In this document: positions 39,118-47,817 of the stretch, piece after piece
Layout of the letters: every line of letters begins with the position of its first letter
Position numbering within the stretch: the stretch's first letter is position 1
IMG/VR virus record: IMGVR_UViG_3300031994_004484
From: a virus
Lineage: Duplodnaviria > Caudoviricetes
Strand: one strand, 5' to 3'
Length of the DNA stretch: 64,000 nucleotides
The notes under the pieces: generated by a model
Seen by the model: only the letters and a program-made list of their open reading frames with translations
What the model was told of the DNA's origin: nothing
The model's database searches: none
Program-made: the position numbers and the translations under genes

Positions 39118-40275
39118 ATGAAGCTTTCAGAACTATTGGATAAGGAATATTGTTCGCCTAATTGGGAAGTCATAGAATCAATTCCGGAGATGTCTGTTCT
39201 TGCCAAAACACGGCAAAACGAAAAATACCACAAGGAAGGGGATGTGTTATCACACACAAAACTCGTATGCAACAAAATGCAGTATGCGATAGAAAGTGGT
39301 CTTGCAATGAGTTTGTTTGATTTTAGTTACGGTGATTATACGATAGAACCAACAGCTTTGATGCTATCCGCAATACTTCATGATATAGGGAAAGGAACCA
39401 CAACAAGATGGGATGAAAAGGAGAATACGTGGAAAACCGAAAACCACGGTCTTGAAGGAGTAAGGATTATAAGGAGAATTTTTTTCGACGATCCAGATGT
39501 ACAGTTGAGGGAAAGAGTGTGTTGGTTGGTAAGGAACCACATGGCATTGCATCATATATTTGATGGAAGCAATGAAAACCGTTTCGACAAAACGATGGTT
39601 AAATTGTCGTTTGGAAACGCCAATCTTTTGGAACTTTGCCTTTTGAACTATGCTGACACAATGGGTTCGATTTCGGAAGAAACGGAAAAAGGTGACGCAT
39701 TTGTATTGGAAAAGCTTAGAAAAGTCATGTCGGAGGACAGAACTCGCAAAATGGGTTTGAATTCTTTGAGGAAATACTATTATGGCGATAAATACAATAA
39801 ACCAAATCAAACATCTCCGTTAATATATGTTATGATCGGCATTGCCGGCAGCGGGAAAACAACTTGGATTGAACATAATTTGTCTTCTAACTTCGTGATT
39901 GTTTCAAGGGACATCATCAGAGAGGAGTTAGGTTACACAAAGCATGGCGAAAAAGCGCGACTTAGCGGTAAACAGGAAGAAGTTGTCAGCAAAAAATTTA
40001 TTGAAAAGGCAATGAATGCATTGGAAAACGGTAAATCCATTGTTATAGACAATCTAAATCTTAAAAAAAGATACCGTGATCAATACCATAATGATTTCAA
40101 TAAATTTTCTCCAAAATTTGTGTATGTATATATTGAAGCCCCGACATTGAAAGACAATGTAATCAGAAGGAATGGACAAATAACTGAAAATGAGATAAAC
40201 AAAATGTTGGACAATCTTGATTTTCCTGAAACATATGAATATGACGAACTGCATTACGTTAAACAGGCGTATTAG
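39118..40275 (+). CDS. HD-domain plus P-loop (AAA_33-like) kinase fusion, nucleic-acid end-repair-like
   Basis: YHKEGDV..HT, LHDIGK, GIAGSGKT, VIDN.N. Confidence 0.85.
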   Translation: MKLSELLDKEYCSPNWEVIESIPEMSVLAKTRQNEKYHKEGDVLSHTKLVCNKMQYAIESGLAMSLFDFSYGDYTIEPTALMLSAILHDIGKGTTTRWDEKENTWKTENHGLEGVRIIRRIFFDDPDVQLRERVCWLVRNHMALHHIFDGSNENRFDKTMVKLSFGNANLLELCLLNYADTMGSISEETEKGDAFVLEKLRKVMSEDRTRKMGLNSLRKYYYGDKYNKPNQTSPLIYVMIGIAGSGKTTWIEHNLSSNFVIVSRDIIREELGYTKHGEKARLSGKQEEVVSKKFIEKAMNALENGKSIVIDNLNLKKRYRDQYHNDFNKFSPKFVYVYIEAPTLKDNVIRRNGQITENEINKMLDNLDFPETYEYDELHYVKQAY

Positions 40276-40323
40276 AAAACAATAAGATATTAAAAATAAA
40301 TTAAATAAAATTTAAAAACTAAA

Positions 40324-40551
40324 ATGGAAAAGATTTTTGAATGTACCGGTGGTACCGACGAATTGCTGACTGTATCACCTGATGGAAGCATGAAATGTGC
40401 AAACATAGTTTATTTGGGAGAAAACCCTATGGATGCGGACAGTGAGGTTTTCCATATCTCAATCACTTCTTCTTGCATGAACGGAAAACATGAGGTCTTT
40501 GACAAGATGTTAGGTAAAACTATAAAAGTAACCGTTGAAATCGATGAATAA
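40324..40551 (+). CDS. Hypothetical protein
   Basis: 75-aa ORF. Confidence 0.6.
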   Translation: MEKIFECTGGTDELLTVSPDGSMKCANIVYLGENPMDADSEVFHISITSSCMNGKHEVFDKMLGKTIKVTVEIDE

Positions 40552-40574
40552 GCTATTTATGTATAAAAACGAAT

Positions 40575-41240
40575 ATGTTTAGCTTACCTATTATTTCGAT
40601 TGCGATTTGTTTCGCATACATAATTTTCATACTGTTCAAATACGGCGTACCAACCTCAATATCGGAAACGTTCTATCTGTTGCCGAGCAAGTGGGATTGG
40701 ATGTTCAGTGCTTGGTGTACGCTCACCGCAATACCTTTCGGGATATGGTGGTTCACGGTTTCCCCTGCAAGCCTGACATGGATACCGATTGTTGTGATGG
40801 TCTGCATGTCCATGATAGGTGTCAGTTGCCGTTACAAATCAGGCCCAAAAAAGGACGGGGAATACGTTCCTAAAGCAACAATTGGTGACAACACAACACT
40901 TATCGTCAACGGAAAAAGGAAAAGCATAAGGGATTTCTTCAGAGAGGTGATCGACAGTTTCAAACCGCAGAATTTCCTTAAATACGGATGGGCAAAACCT
41001 ATACACTATGTTTCATCCCTGATTGTCATAGCCTTGACAAGTGTTTGGATAGCTATTGTAAATCCACTTTCAATAGCAAGCATGACTCTTTCCTATATCA
41101 TGTTCATATTGATAGGTATTAATACGCCAGGTGTATATAACAAGGACTATTCGGTAGACGTGGACAACAAAGCTTGGATATTCTTCATGGAGGTAATATG
41201 CTTCCTGCAATTATTCATATTTGTTTGGAGCGTCGTTTAG
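40575..41240 (+). CDS. Multi-pass membrane protein
   Basis: Several hydrophobic segments; GVP.SISETFYLL motif. Confidence 0.75.
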   Translation: MFSLPIISIAICFAYIIFILFKYGVPTSISETFYLLPSKWDWMFSAWCTLTAIPFGIWWFTVSPASLTWIPIVVMVCMSMIGVSCRYKSGPKKDGEYVPKATIGDNTTLIVNGKRKSIRDFFREVIDSFKPQNFLKYGWAKPIHYVSSLIVIALTSVWIAIVNPLSIASMTLSYIMFILIGINTPGVYNKDYSVDVDNKAWIFFMEVICFLQLFIFVWSVV

Positions 41241-41251
41241 TCTTTTATTTT

Positions 41252-41316
41252 TTAACATTTTTTAAGAAAAAGCTGTATGTGATTATACGGCTTTTTTTAT
41301 ATATTGGCCTCGTTAA
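41252..41316 (+). promoter_or_regulatory. 65-bp promoter cassette copy with internal hairpin
   Basis: TTAAC-ATTTT-TTAAG, AAAAAGCTGTAT/ATACGGCTTTTT, TATATTGG at +48, GTTAA at +60. Confidence 0.75.
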
Positions 41317-41325
41317 ATTCAAAAA

Positions 41326-42018
41326 ATGAAAAATATTTTCGCTATGGATTTTGGAAAATTATATAAGTACGACAAAGACAGTATACTTTACAAACCAATA
41401 TCAGGGGTGGTTTCTTTTTTCGTTCTAAACCCAATGGTGACATTATGTTTATCTTTAATTATTTTAGGTTTTGTGTCATACAAGATTATAGAGCATGAGT
41501 TAACAATGAGGGATAGGATAGATGTTAGGGATTCGAGGATAGAGGAGCTTGAGAACGAGATGCGATTGGAGAAGGAATACGACACCCTTCTGATAAGGAT
41601 TGCCGAGGCTTCTTTGGAAGGTTCTAAAAAAATTCCTTTTGATGATGAGACAATATACAGTTACATCAAAAGCTGCAACGCATGGTATCCCGACATCATA
41701 ATGGCACAGTACAAGATAGAGTCCGCAAGCGGAAAGTCCGATATCGCTCTTCATGCACACAACTTCTTCGGCATGAGGCCCGTCATGGGAAATAGGAAGT
41801 CGTTCACCACACAGAGAAAAGGAGAATCATATAAAGGGTATGCCGTCTTCGACAATTGGAAGATGTCCATATTGGACAAGATACTTTGGGACCATTTCGT
41901 ATTCAAGGGAAAGAAACCCACAAGGAACGAGTACCTTGCAAAACACAGGGGTTATGCCGAAGCGGAGGATTATGTCGCCAAAATAAACAACGTTGCAAAA
42001 AAATACAGCGGAAAATAG
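41326..42018 (+). CDS. Membrane-anchored glucosaminidase (GH73-like) peptidoglycan hydrolase
   Basis: IMAQ..IES, HNFFGM, GYA.F..W and YAE...Y motifs; N-terminal TM. Confidence 0.75.
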   Translation: MKNIFAMDFGKLYKYDKDSILYKPISGVVSFFVLNPMVTLCLSLIILGFVSYKIIEHELTMRDRIDVRDSRIEELENEMRLEKEYDTLLIRIAEASLEGSKKIPFDDETIYSYIKSCNAWYPDIIMAQYKIESASGKSDIALHAHNFFGMRPVMGNRKSFTTQRKGESYKGYAVFDNWKMSILDKILWDHFVFKGKKPTRNEYLAKHRGYAEAEDYVAKINNVAKKYSGK

Positions 42019-42026
42019 TATATTTA
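41980..42026 (+). repeat. 47-bp direct repeat, copy 1 (copy 2 at 43162-43208)
   Basis: AAAATAAACAACGTTGCAAAAAAATACA identical over 28 bp; both copies encode KINNVAKKY.GK*. Confidence 0.85.
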
Positions 42027-42058
42027 CACATGTACAGCATCAAGGAAGGAGGTGATGA

Positions 42059-42211
42059 GTGAAACTTAGAAAAATACGTTATGTAGCGGATACGTGTCCG
42101 TTACAAAGAAGAAATTGCAACACTTGCAAATACAACAACGGATTTGAAAACGACAAGTCTTATTGTTATTATAAAAGTAAAAAGAAAAAAAAGAAAGGAG
42201 GCGAGGAATGA
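42059..42211 (+). CDS. Small Cys4 protein ending GGEE (50 aa, not in ORF track)
   Basis: GTG start; C.....C..C...C; stop overlaps the next ATG. Confidence 0.5.
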   Translation: MKLRKIRYVADTCPLQRRNCNTCKYNNGFENDKSYCYYKSKKKKKKGGEE

Positions 42212-42351
42212 CAAACGAAGAAAAACAACTCTTATTATCATTATTAAAAAAGGCAGATGAGGATGGATTGTTACTTGTTTATGATAATGAATATACACGT
42301 AATGTAATCTGGATATATCTTGATAATGAAATTTACATAAAAATAGAATAA
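42208..42351 (+). CDS. Small protein with a family-A N-terminus (47 aa, not in ORF track)
   Basis: MTNEEKQLLL start. Confidence 0.55.
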   Translation: MTNEEKQLLLSLLKKADEDGLLLVYDNEYTRNVIWIYLDNEIYIKIE

Positions 42352-42354
42352 GTT

Positions 42355-42714
42355 ATGACAACAGAAGAAAAAGAACTATTGTTAAAGGACCTCTGCGCAA
42401 GACAGCCGTATGGGGTTAAAGTTAAAATAGATGGATATGGTACCCATATATTGAAGTGTATTGATGGTGACACTATTTCAACTGATAGAGGTATTAATTA
42501 TCCATTAAGACTTGTCAAGCCCTATCTTCGGCAAATGCCAGACATACAAGACCCATTGTTGAACGAACTGAATGATTTAATTGCAAACAAAAAATTCTAT
42601 GAGATAACAACTATTTCACAAGATTGGTATAATAAACATCACTTCGACTATCGTGCCTTGATTGAGAAAGGTTTGGCTATCGAAGCACCAGAAGGAATGT
42701 ACAAAAATGTTTAA
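42355..42714 (+). CDS. Family A paralogue (KDLCARLPY...EAPEGMY)
   Basis: N-, mid- and C-terminal motifs shared with 56478, 57246, 57695 and 62135. Confidence 0.85.
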   Translation: MTTEEKELLLKDLCARQPYGVKVKIDGYGTHILKCIDGDTISTDRGINYPLRLVKPYLRQMPDIQDPLLNELNDLIANKKFYEITTISQDWYNKHHFDYRALIEKGLAIEAPEGMYKNV

Positions 42715-42728
42715 TAATTTGATAAGAA

Positions 42729-42920
42729 ATGATACCGAAAGTTGGTGATAAAATAAAATGGTGTCTTGGCCTTAAGGCCGACAAAGAAGAACACTACAAT
42801 GTGGTGACAAAAGTGGAGCCATGCGAATACCCTTATTGGTTCACAACATATTGGCATATATGGTTGGACAACGGCGGATGGATAAGAGAACAAGACGTGT
42901 TGGAAATCATCAGAAATTAA
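42729..42920 (+). CDS. Hypothetical SH3-like small protein
   Basis: PKVGDKIKW start. Confidence 0.55.
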   Translation: MIPKVGDKIKWCLGLKADKEEHYNVVTKVEPCEYPYWFTTYWHIWLDNGGWIREQDVLEIIRN

Positions 42921-42939
42921 AACAAAAATGTAAATAACA

Positions 42940-43200
42940 ATGACAAAAGAAGCAATGATTAAAGGTTGGATTGCGGTTGACAAAGACTCAACAGGCAGAA
43001 GGAGAGTGAGTTTCTTTCCAACCAAACCTGTAAGGGATTTATTGGCGGAGCCCCATTATTGGGCGGCAACACTCCCGTATTATGAATCAATCCGATTGGA
43101 TTCAAGGCTATTCAAAGGTATTGAGTGGGAAGACGAGCCTGTCGAAGCAGAAGTAACTATAAAAATAAACAACGTTGCAAAAAAATACAAGGGAAAATAG
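42940..43200 (+). CDS. Hypothetical protein (GWIAVDKD...WEDEPVE family) with a captured C-terminus
   Basis: Last 12 aa duplicated from the GH73 gene. Confidence 0.7.
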   Translation: MTKEAMIKGWIAVDKDSTGRRRVSFFPTKPVRDLLAEPHYWAATLPYYESIRLDSRLFKGIEWEDEPVEAEVTIKINNVAKKYKGK

Positions 43201-43208
43201 TGTGTTTG
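43162..43208 (+). repeat. 47-bp direct repeat, copy 2
   Basis: Matches 41980-42026. Confidence 0.85.
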
Positions 43209-43238
43209 TGAAAGAGGATTGTGGAACAAAGGTTTGTA

Positions 43239-43303
43239 TTAACAATTTTTAGCAAAAAAGGTATGTGATAGTATTGATCTTTTTAATATATTTGGCTTGT
43301 TAA
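43239..43303 (+). promoter_or_regulatory. 65-bp promoter cassette copy
   Basis: TTAAC-AATTT-TTAGC, TATATTTG at +48, GTTAA at +60. Confidence 0.75.
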
Positions 43304-43317
43304 AAAACAATAATTAA

Positions 43318-43776
43318 GTGTCTATGCAAGTTTTTGTACCATATGTGAATCCATTTAATGTCGCCTGTTGTCTTGACAAGAGGCGTTTGAACAAGCAGAT
43401 TATAGAATGCAGGCAGATTCTGAAGTCTATTGCGAATCCGGACGGCCCATGGGGGCATCATCCAATAGTTGCTATGTGGAAGGGATATGCTTTTTGGTTG
43501 TCCTTTTATATGAAAGTGTTGGAGCTGTATCGTGATGGTGATGTGGATAGAGCCCGTTTGTTGGGTAATGAATGTGCTATGCCTTGGAATAAACCCGAGT
43601 TTCTTACAAGAGGTTTTTGCATTCAGCACAGGCGCAGGCTGTATACAAAGTCCCCTGAAATGTACGCTAAGTTTGCCAAATACGGCTATTCTGAAGAAAA
43701 TTGGTATTATATCGCAGGTTGTTTTGTAAAATATAAAAACGGTAAATTAATTGAAAAACTTAAAGCGCTTTATTGA
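43318..43776 (+). CDS. Pyrimidine-dimer DNA glycosylase-like protein
   Basis: MQVF.P, LD..RL.KQ..E..QIL, HP...MW.G, HR..L..K. Confidence 0.75.
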   Translation: MSMQVFVPYVNPFNVACCLDKRRLNKQIIECRQILKSIANPDGPWGHHPIVAMWKGYAFWLSFYMKVLELYRDGDVDRARLLGNECAMPWNKPEFLTRGFCIQHRRRLYTKSPEMYAKFAKYGYSEENWYYIAGCFVKYKNGKLIEKLKALY

Positions 43777-43777
43777 T

Positions 43778-44170
43778 ATGAGTAATTTGATGTTATATAG
43801 TGGTGAGGTTTGCGAAGGAATGTGCGGAACTCCTACAGATTTGTACGATGACAACGGAAACCAACTTTTTGTTGGAGACCAAGTTGTTGCTTTTTCGAAC
43901 AATTATATAGTGTTCTGTCATGGAATACTTGTTGTAGTTGAAGACTCTGTGATTTCAGACAACAAAGAACAATTCATTATGGGGCTTAGAAGCATAGATT
44001 TTACAAACAGATGCCGGGAAAACGAAAAGATTACAAGAGATGAGGAAGTTTCCCAAGCTGAATGGTCTATTTGGTTAGTTAAGTCGTATAAGGATTGTGT
44101 CGAAGGGGAGAAAGTGCCGCACTCAGCGCAAATAAGATACGTTAGAGAAGATAACAAAACAGAACCATAA
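43778..44170 (+). CDS. Hypothetical YopX-like protein (start reassigned)
   Basis: T.L.D.NG..LFVGD motif. Confidence 0.55.
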   Translation: MSNLMLYSGEVCEGMCGTPTDLYDDNGNQLFVGDQVVAFSNNYIVFCHGILVVVEDSVISDNKEQFIMGLRSIDFTNRCRENEKITRDEEVSQAEWSIWLVKSYKDCVEGEKVPHSAQIRYVREDNKTEP

Positions 44171-44235
44171 TCTTATGATTAACATAGAATGTTTGATGGT
44201 TGGTGATTATTTCATTGCCGAAAGATATTACGGAC

Positions 44236-44450
44236 AGATACTCAAAGTGTTTGAAGTGAACTACCCTCGACCGAAGTCGCAGGCATCACACATGCCCGCA
44301 ACACCTAATCGCACGGCTTCCTGCTTCCTACCCTCAAACGGGTCTTGCGACAGGAGGCACCCAAAGGTTTCCCTCAGGGTGGAGCTCCCGTCTCCACAGG
44401 CTTGTATTCCCGCCGTTCCGGCGGTATTGTATCTCGTGAGGAACTCGTCC
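44236..44450 (-). ncRNA. Predicted omegaRNA (scaffold overlaps the tnpB 3' end; guide from flank 44255-44236); 5' boundary approximate
   Basis: Position inferred from established IS200/IS605 TnpB organisation. Confidence 0.55.
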
Positions 44451-45753
44451 CTCAGATTAATCGCGGCGTTGACATCCCTGTCGTGGTGGCACCCGCACTC
44501 GGGGCATGTCCACTCCCTGTCGGACAGCGACAGCCCGTCGTTCTTCCACCCGCATCCGCTGCACAGCTTCGAGCTCGGGAAAAACCGGTCCACATAATGT
44601 ATGTAGCAGTCGTACTTCCCCGCCTCGTGCTCCAACCACTGCCTGAACTCCCCGAACGCCAAGTCGTTCACGCTCTTGCCCAACCTGAGACCCCTTGACA
44701 TGCTCTGCAAGTCAATGTCCTCCAACACAACCACATCGTACTTCCTCACGTAGTGTAATGCGGTCTGTATGCAGAACTCCCTACGCCTGTTGGCCACCCT
44801 CTCGCAGGCCTTGGCGTACCTCAGCCTTGCCTTCTCGCGGTTTTTGGAAGGCCTTCTGATTTCAACCTCCTTTCCGCTTGAGTCCGTGCGGTATTCGCCT
44901 GTGCCGGTGAATGCCTTCCTCGACAGCTTGCGTTGGAGCCTTGAAAGGTGTCTCTCGTTCCTTCGGTACTCCCTGACGTACTTGGGTTTCGTCACGTCAG
45001 ACGGGTCCGATGATACGGCGAAGCCTTCCATGGACATGTCCAAACCCACAACGGACGGGTTTGACACCCTCGGTACCCTGTTGAACATGGGCCTTTCAGG
45101 TTGCCCAGTCTCCACTGTGAGTGAGATGTGGTATTTGCCCGACCTGCTCCTTGACACGTTGGCGGACCTTATTGTACCGACAAACGGTCTGTGGAGGACT
45201 ATCCTCACCATGCCGACTTTAGGCAGTTTTATGCGCTTCCCGTCTGCGGATAGCTTTATGCAGCCGCCGTTGTTGAACGTGGTGTAGGTGTCCTTGGCGG
45301 CACCCTTCTTCTTGAACTTGGGGAACCCCGCCTTGCGGCCCTTGCGTTCGCCCTTGCGGGACTTGAAGAATGCTTCGAGCGCGTCGTCGAAATGGCGTCT
45401 TGCCTGTTGGAGTGCGACGGAGTCGCATTCCTTGAGGAAGGCGTATTCGGGCATGTTCCTGAAGTGGGTGTAGTCGGGTTGTTTGCCGATAGGTATGCCG
45501 TCGGACTTGTATGCGTTGTACGCGTCGATGTACCATGCGAGGCAGAGGTTGTATACCTTGCGTGCGCATCCGAAGAACCGGTTTAATGTTTCGGTTTGGT
45601 TCTTGGTTGGGTAGAGCCTGTATTTGTATGCGCGTATGGACATCTGAGCGTTATAATTATATATAATATAATTATAAATATTATAAAAAGCAAATTTTAA
45701 AAACAGGCGACTTTCATCCCACGACTGAAGTCGCGGGTTTTCCCGCCGCTTTA
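44256..45753 (-). mobile_element. Non-autonomous IS200/IS605-family (IS1341-like) TnpB element
   Basis: Related subterminal hairpins (CGAC.GAAGTCG core) at 44264-44283 and 45718-45737; TTTAT 5' of the left end; right end ...GTTCAC; no TSD; visibly GC-richer than flanks. Confidence 0.9.
44261..45643 (-). CDS. tnpB: RNA-guided endonuclease TnpB
   Basis: AYKYRLYP HTH, RuvC D (GLDM), E (LEDI), Zn ribbon, D (DRDVNAAINL). Confidence 0.95.
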   Translation of the reverse strand: MSIRAYKYRLYPTKNQTETLNRFFGCARKVYNLCLAWYIDAYNAYKSDGIPIGKQPDYTHFRNMPEYAFLKECDSVALQQARRHFDDALEAFFKSRKGERKGRKAGFPKFKKKGAAKDTYTTFNNGGCIKLSADGKRIKLPKVGMVRIVLHRPFVGTIRSANVSRSRSGKYHISLTVETGQPERPMFNRVPRVSNPSVVGLDMSMEGFAVSSDPSDVTKPKYVREYRRNERHLSRLQRKLSRKAFTGTGEYRTDSSGKEVEIRRPSKNREKARLRYAKACERVANRRREFCIQTALHYVRKYDVVVLEDIDLQSMSRGLRLGKSVNDLAFGEFRQWLEHEAGKYDCYIHYVDRFFPSSKLCSGCGWKNDGLSLSDREWTCPECGCHHDRDVNAAINLRDEFLTRYNTAGTAGIQACGDGSSTLRETFGCLLSQDPFEGRKQEAVRLGVAGMCDACDFGRG

Positions 45754-46055
45754 ATAAAGTCTTACGTAGCTATAAGGGCTGAAACCTTGAATGGCGGGTT
45801 GGTTGGCCCGTTCTTCGATTCTGACATTAAACCGGTTCAGTTGACGGACGAGATTCTCGAAAAGAACTTTCCCGAACCTGATATTCTTGCATGGCGGCCT
45901 ACAGGCAAAGACGCTTCCTATCATATAGAGATAACCAAAGACGATAAAGAGGACGAACTCGGTTCAATGGAAGTCGTTATAAGGTTGAAATATGTTCATG
46001 AATTGCAGCATCTTTTGAGGATATGCGGAATTGAAAAGAAAATTGTTTTATAGAA

Positions 46056-46120
46056 TTAACATTTTTTAATAAAAAATCGGATACATTTTATTAGATTATT
46101 TCATATATTGGTCTTGTTAA
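46056..46120 (+). promoter_or_regulatory. 65-bp promoter cassette copy
   Basis: TTAAC-ATTTT-TTAAT, TATATTGG at +48, GTTAA at +60. Confidence 0.75.
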
Positions 46121-46138
46121 ATTGAAAAAACAAGAATT

Positions 46139-46624
46139 ATGATTGAGAATTTCGAATGGAATGATGTGGTTCTGACTTGCAAAGGTTGGTATGAATCATG
46201 CGGTAACATCGTAACCGATTTGGCCGTAGCTATTGAGCAAAACAATAACCGTAGTATTTGCTTTAAGGATAAGGCAAACGCATGTGAAGTTGCTTCAGTG
46301 TTAATGAACAGTGTCCTACCGAGTTATTGGGAGAAGCTTAGTGAAAGCGAGAAGCAAAAACCATGTAATTTATATAAATCATCTGAGTTTTATCAAAAGA
46401 TAAAGAGAAACATGGATTTATTTGGATGTGGTTTTGATATGGCTGTAATTTATGCTGTTAATGATGTTTTCTGTAATCATGTAACACGTGATAATATCAA
46501 GTTAAACAAACCGGTATATGGGAAAGGCAGTAGAAGACTTGGAAGCCTGTTTGGTGACAAATATCCGATAAGCATGACATATAAGCATATGAACGATACA
46601 GCAAGTAGAATGTTTGATAGATAA
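46139..46624 (+). CDS. Hypothetical protein
   Basis: 161-aa ORF after cassette. Confidence 0.7.
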   Translation: MIENFEWNDVVLTCKGWYESCGNIVTDLAVAIEQNNNRSICFKDKANACEVASVLMNSVLPSYWEKLSESEKQKPCNLYKSSEFYQKIKRNMDLFGCGFDMAVIYAVNDVFCNHVTRDNIKLNKPVYGKGSRRLGSLFGDKYPISMTYKHMNDTASRMFDR

Positions 46625-46639
46625 AATTAAAATGGCAGT

Positions 46640-46861
46640 ATGGGAAACAAGGAAAAAGCAAAAGAGATAGCTGAAAAATCGCAAGACTATTTTTACCATG
46701 ATGAAAAGGAGTGTGGGCTTGCCTGTGCTTTGAGAATGGCAAAATGGAAAGACGAGCAATTCAATGAAGAAAAGAAAGATTTGCTTGAGCTTGTCAATAT
46801 GTTAGAGTGCAACGAGAAAAACCAAACAATTATAGAAGATTTAAAAGCATTATTACAATAG
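46640..46861 (+). CDS. Family C-related small protein
   Basis: EKAKEIA...MAKWKDEQ. Confidence 0.7.
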   Translation: MGNKEKAKEIAEKSQDYFYHDEKECGLACALRMAKWKDEQFNEEKKDLLELVNMLECNEKNQTIIEDLKALLQ

Positions 46862-46871
46862 TATAGTAGCT

Positions 46872-47204
46872 ATGAGAAAGGTAGGTTTGTTTAGAAATTT
46901 CATATATCAGGTTGATGAGAACGTAGATAAGATTTTGTCTCAAATCATGGATGAATATGAACTGTTAGATATAAAATACAATAATGAATATACAATCACT
47001 TTGCGTTTCGGGGACAATATTCTTGTGGAAGCATGGAACTCAGGGCGATATTACGCATGGTTGTCTAATGGAAAAGTCATAGACAACGGCAAATTGTTTT
47101 TCACATGGTGCGACGGAAGACCAAGGCGTAAAACAATGAACCGGCTTTTGGAATTAATGAATGGGATATTGGAGAAGAAAATAAAAACAATAGGGAATGT
47201 ATAA
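46872..47204 (+). CDS. Hypothetical protein
   Basis: WN..RYYAWLS.G...RP motif. Confidence 0.65.
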   Translation: MRKVGLFRNFIYQVDENVDKILSQIMDEYELLDIKYNNEYTITLRFGDNILVEAWNSGRYYAWLSNGKVIDNGKLFFTWCDGRPRRKTMNRLLELMNGILEKKIKTIGNV

Positions 47205-47817
47205 ATTTGTAAGAGTACATAAAAAAGGAACCGACGATTATGGTATATGGTATTTCAAACCAATGTCATTTGACGACCTTAAGTTGCACTGGACCACAGT
47301 GTGCGGAAGCGAGATACGAAACCATATTAATGAAAGGTTCGAGAAATCCGTTCTTGTGGAACGTGAAGGGGAAGAGCCGTATATAAGCACCCCTCACCCG
47401 ACAACGCAGTTCGGTATTGCTGTTGAGGCCTATCTTGACGTGGTCAACGGAAACTACGCGCTTGGAATGCTTGAGCTTGAGAACATAGCCTGGCAGTCCA
47501 GGAAGGAGTTGTTTGAAAAAGGCAGGGACATTTACCTTGCAGAAGGTATGACCGTGTACGAGATAGACGAAAGATTCTTTGAAATCGCTGAAGAGGTTGA
47601 ACATGAGCGATTTGTTTATCCATCCAAAAAAGATTGGTCTATCGATGATGTAAGATACATGCAATGGAATATGCTTGGAAATGTCGGCACACATTGGTAC
47701 GCCAAAATCGGAAAAAGGGATGTGTATGACAGTAATGGAAACATGAAATGGGACACGAAAGAAGAGGCTGAAAATGCCGCCGAATGGTTCTTAACCAATA
47801 AAATCAGACAAAAATGA
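47197..47817 (+). CDS. Hypothetical protein
   Basis: 206-aa ORF overlapping neighbours. Confidence 0.7.
   Translation: MYKFVRVHKKGTDDYGIWYFKPMSFDDLKLHWTTVCGSEIRNHINERFEKSVLVEREGEEPYISTPHPTTQFGIAVEAYLDVVNGNYALGMLELENIAWQSRKELFEKGRDIYLAEGMTVYEIDERFFEIAEEVEHERFVYPSKKDWSIDDVRYMQWNMLGNVGTHWYAKIGKRDVYDSNGNMKWDTKEEAENAAEWFLTNKIRQK

Larger units (their letters stand above)
44175..46053 (+). pseudogene. Family E gene (LMVGD...LTDEILEKN...YVHELQH) split by an IS200/IS605 element; parts 44175-44255 and 45754-46053
   Basis: Removing 44256-45753 restores an in-frame 126-aa ORF (...KVFE|IKSYVAIRAETLNG...). Confidence 0.85.

Noticed and set aside
44175-44597. 140-aa ORF as a real protein
   Set aside because: Only the first 27 codons are the host gene; the rest is read-through into the IS right end
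46086-46101. TTTTATTAGATT resembling the IS607 end motif
   Set aside because: Single AT-rich match inside a promoter cassette with no TACGG terminus or TnpB remnant; likely chance
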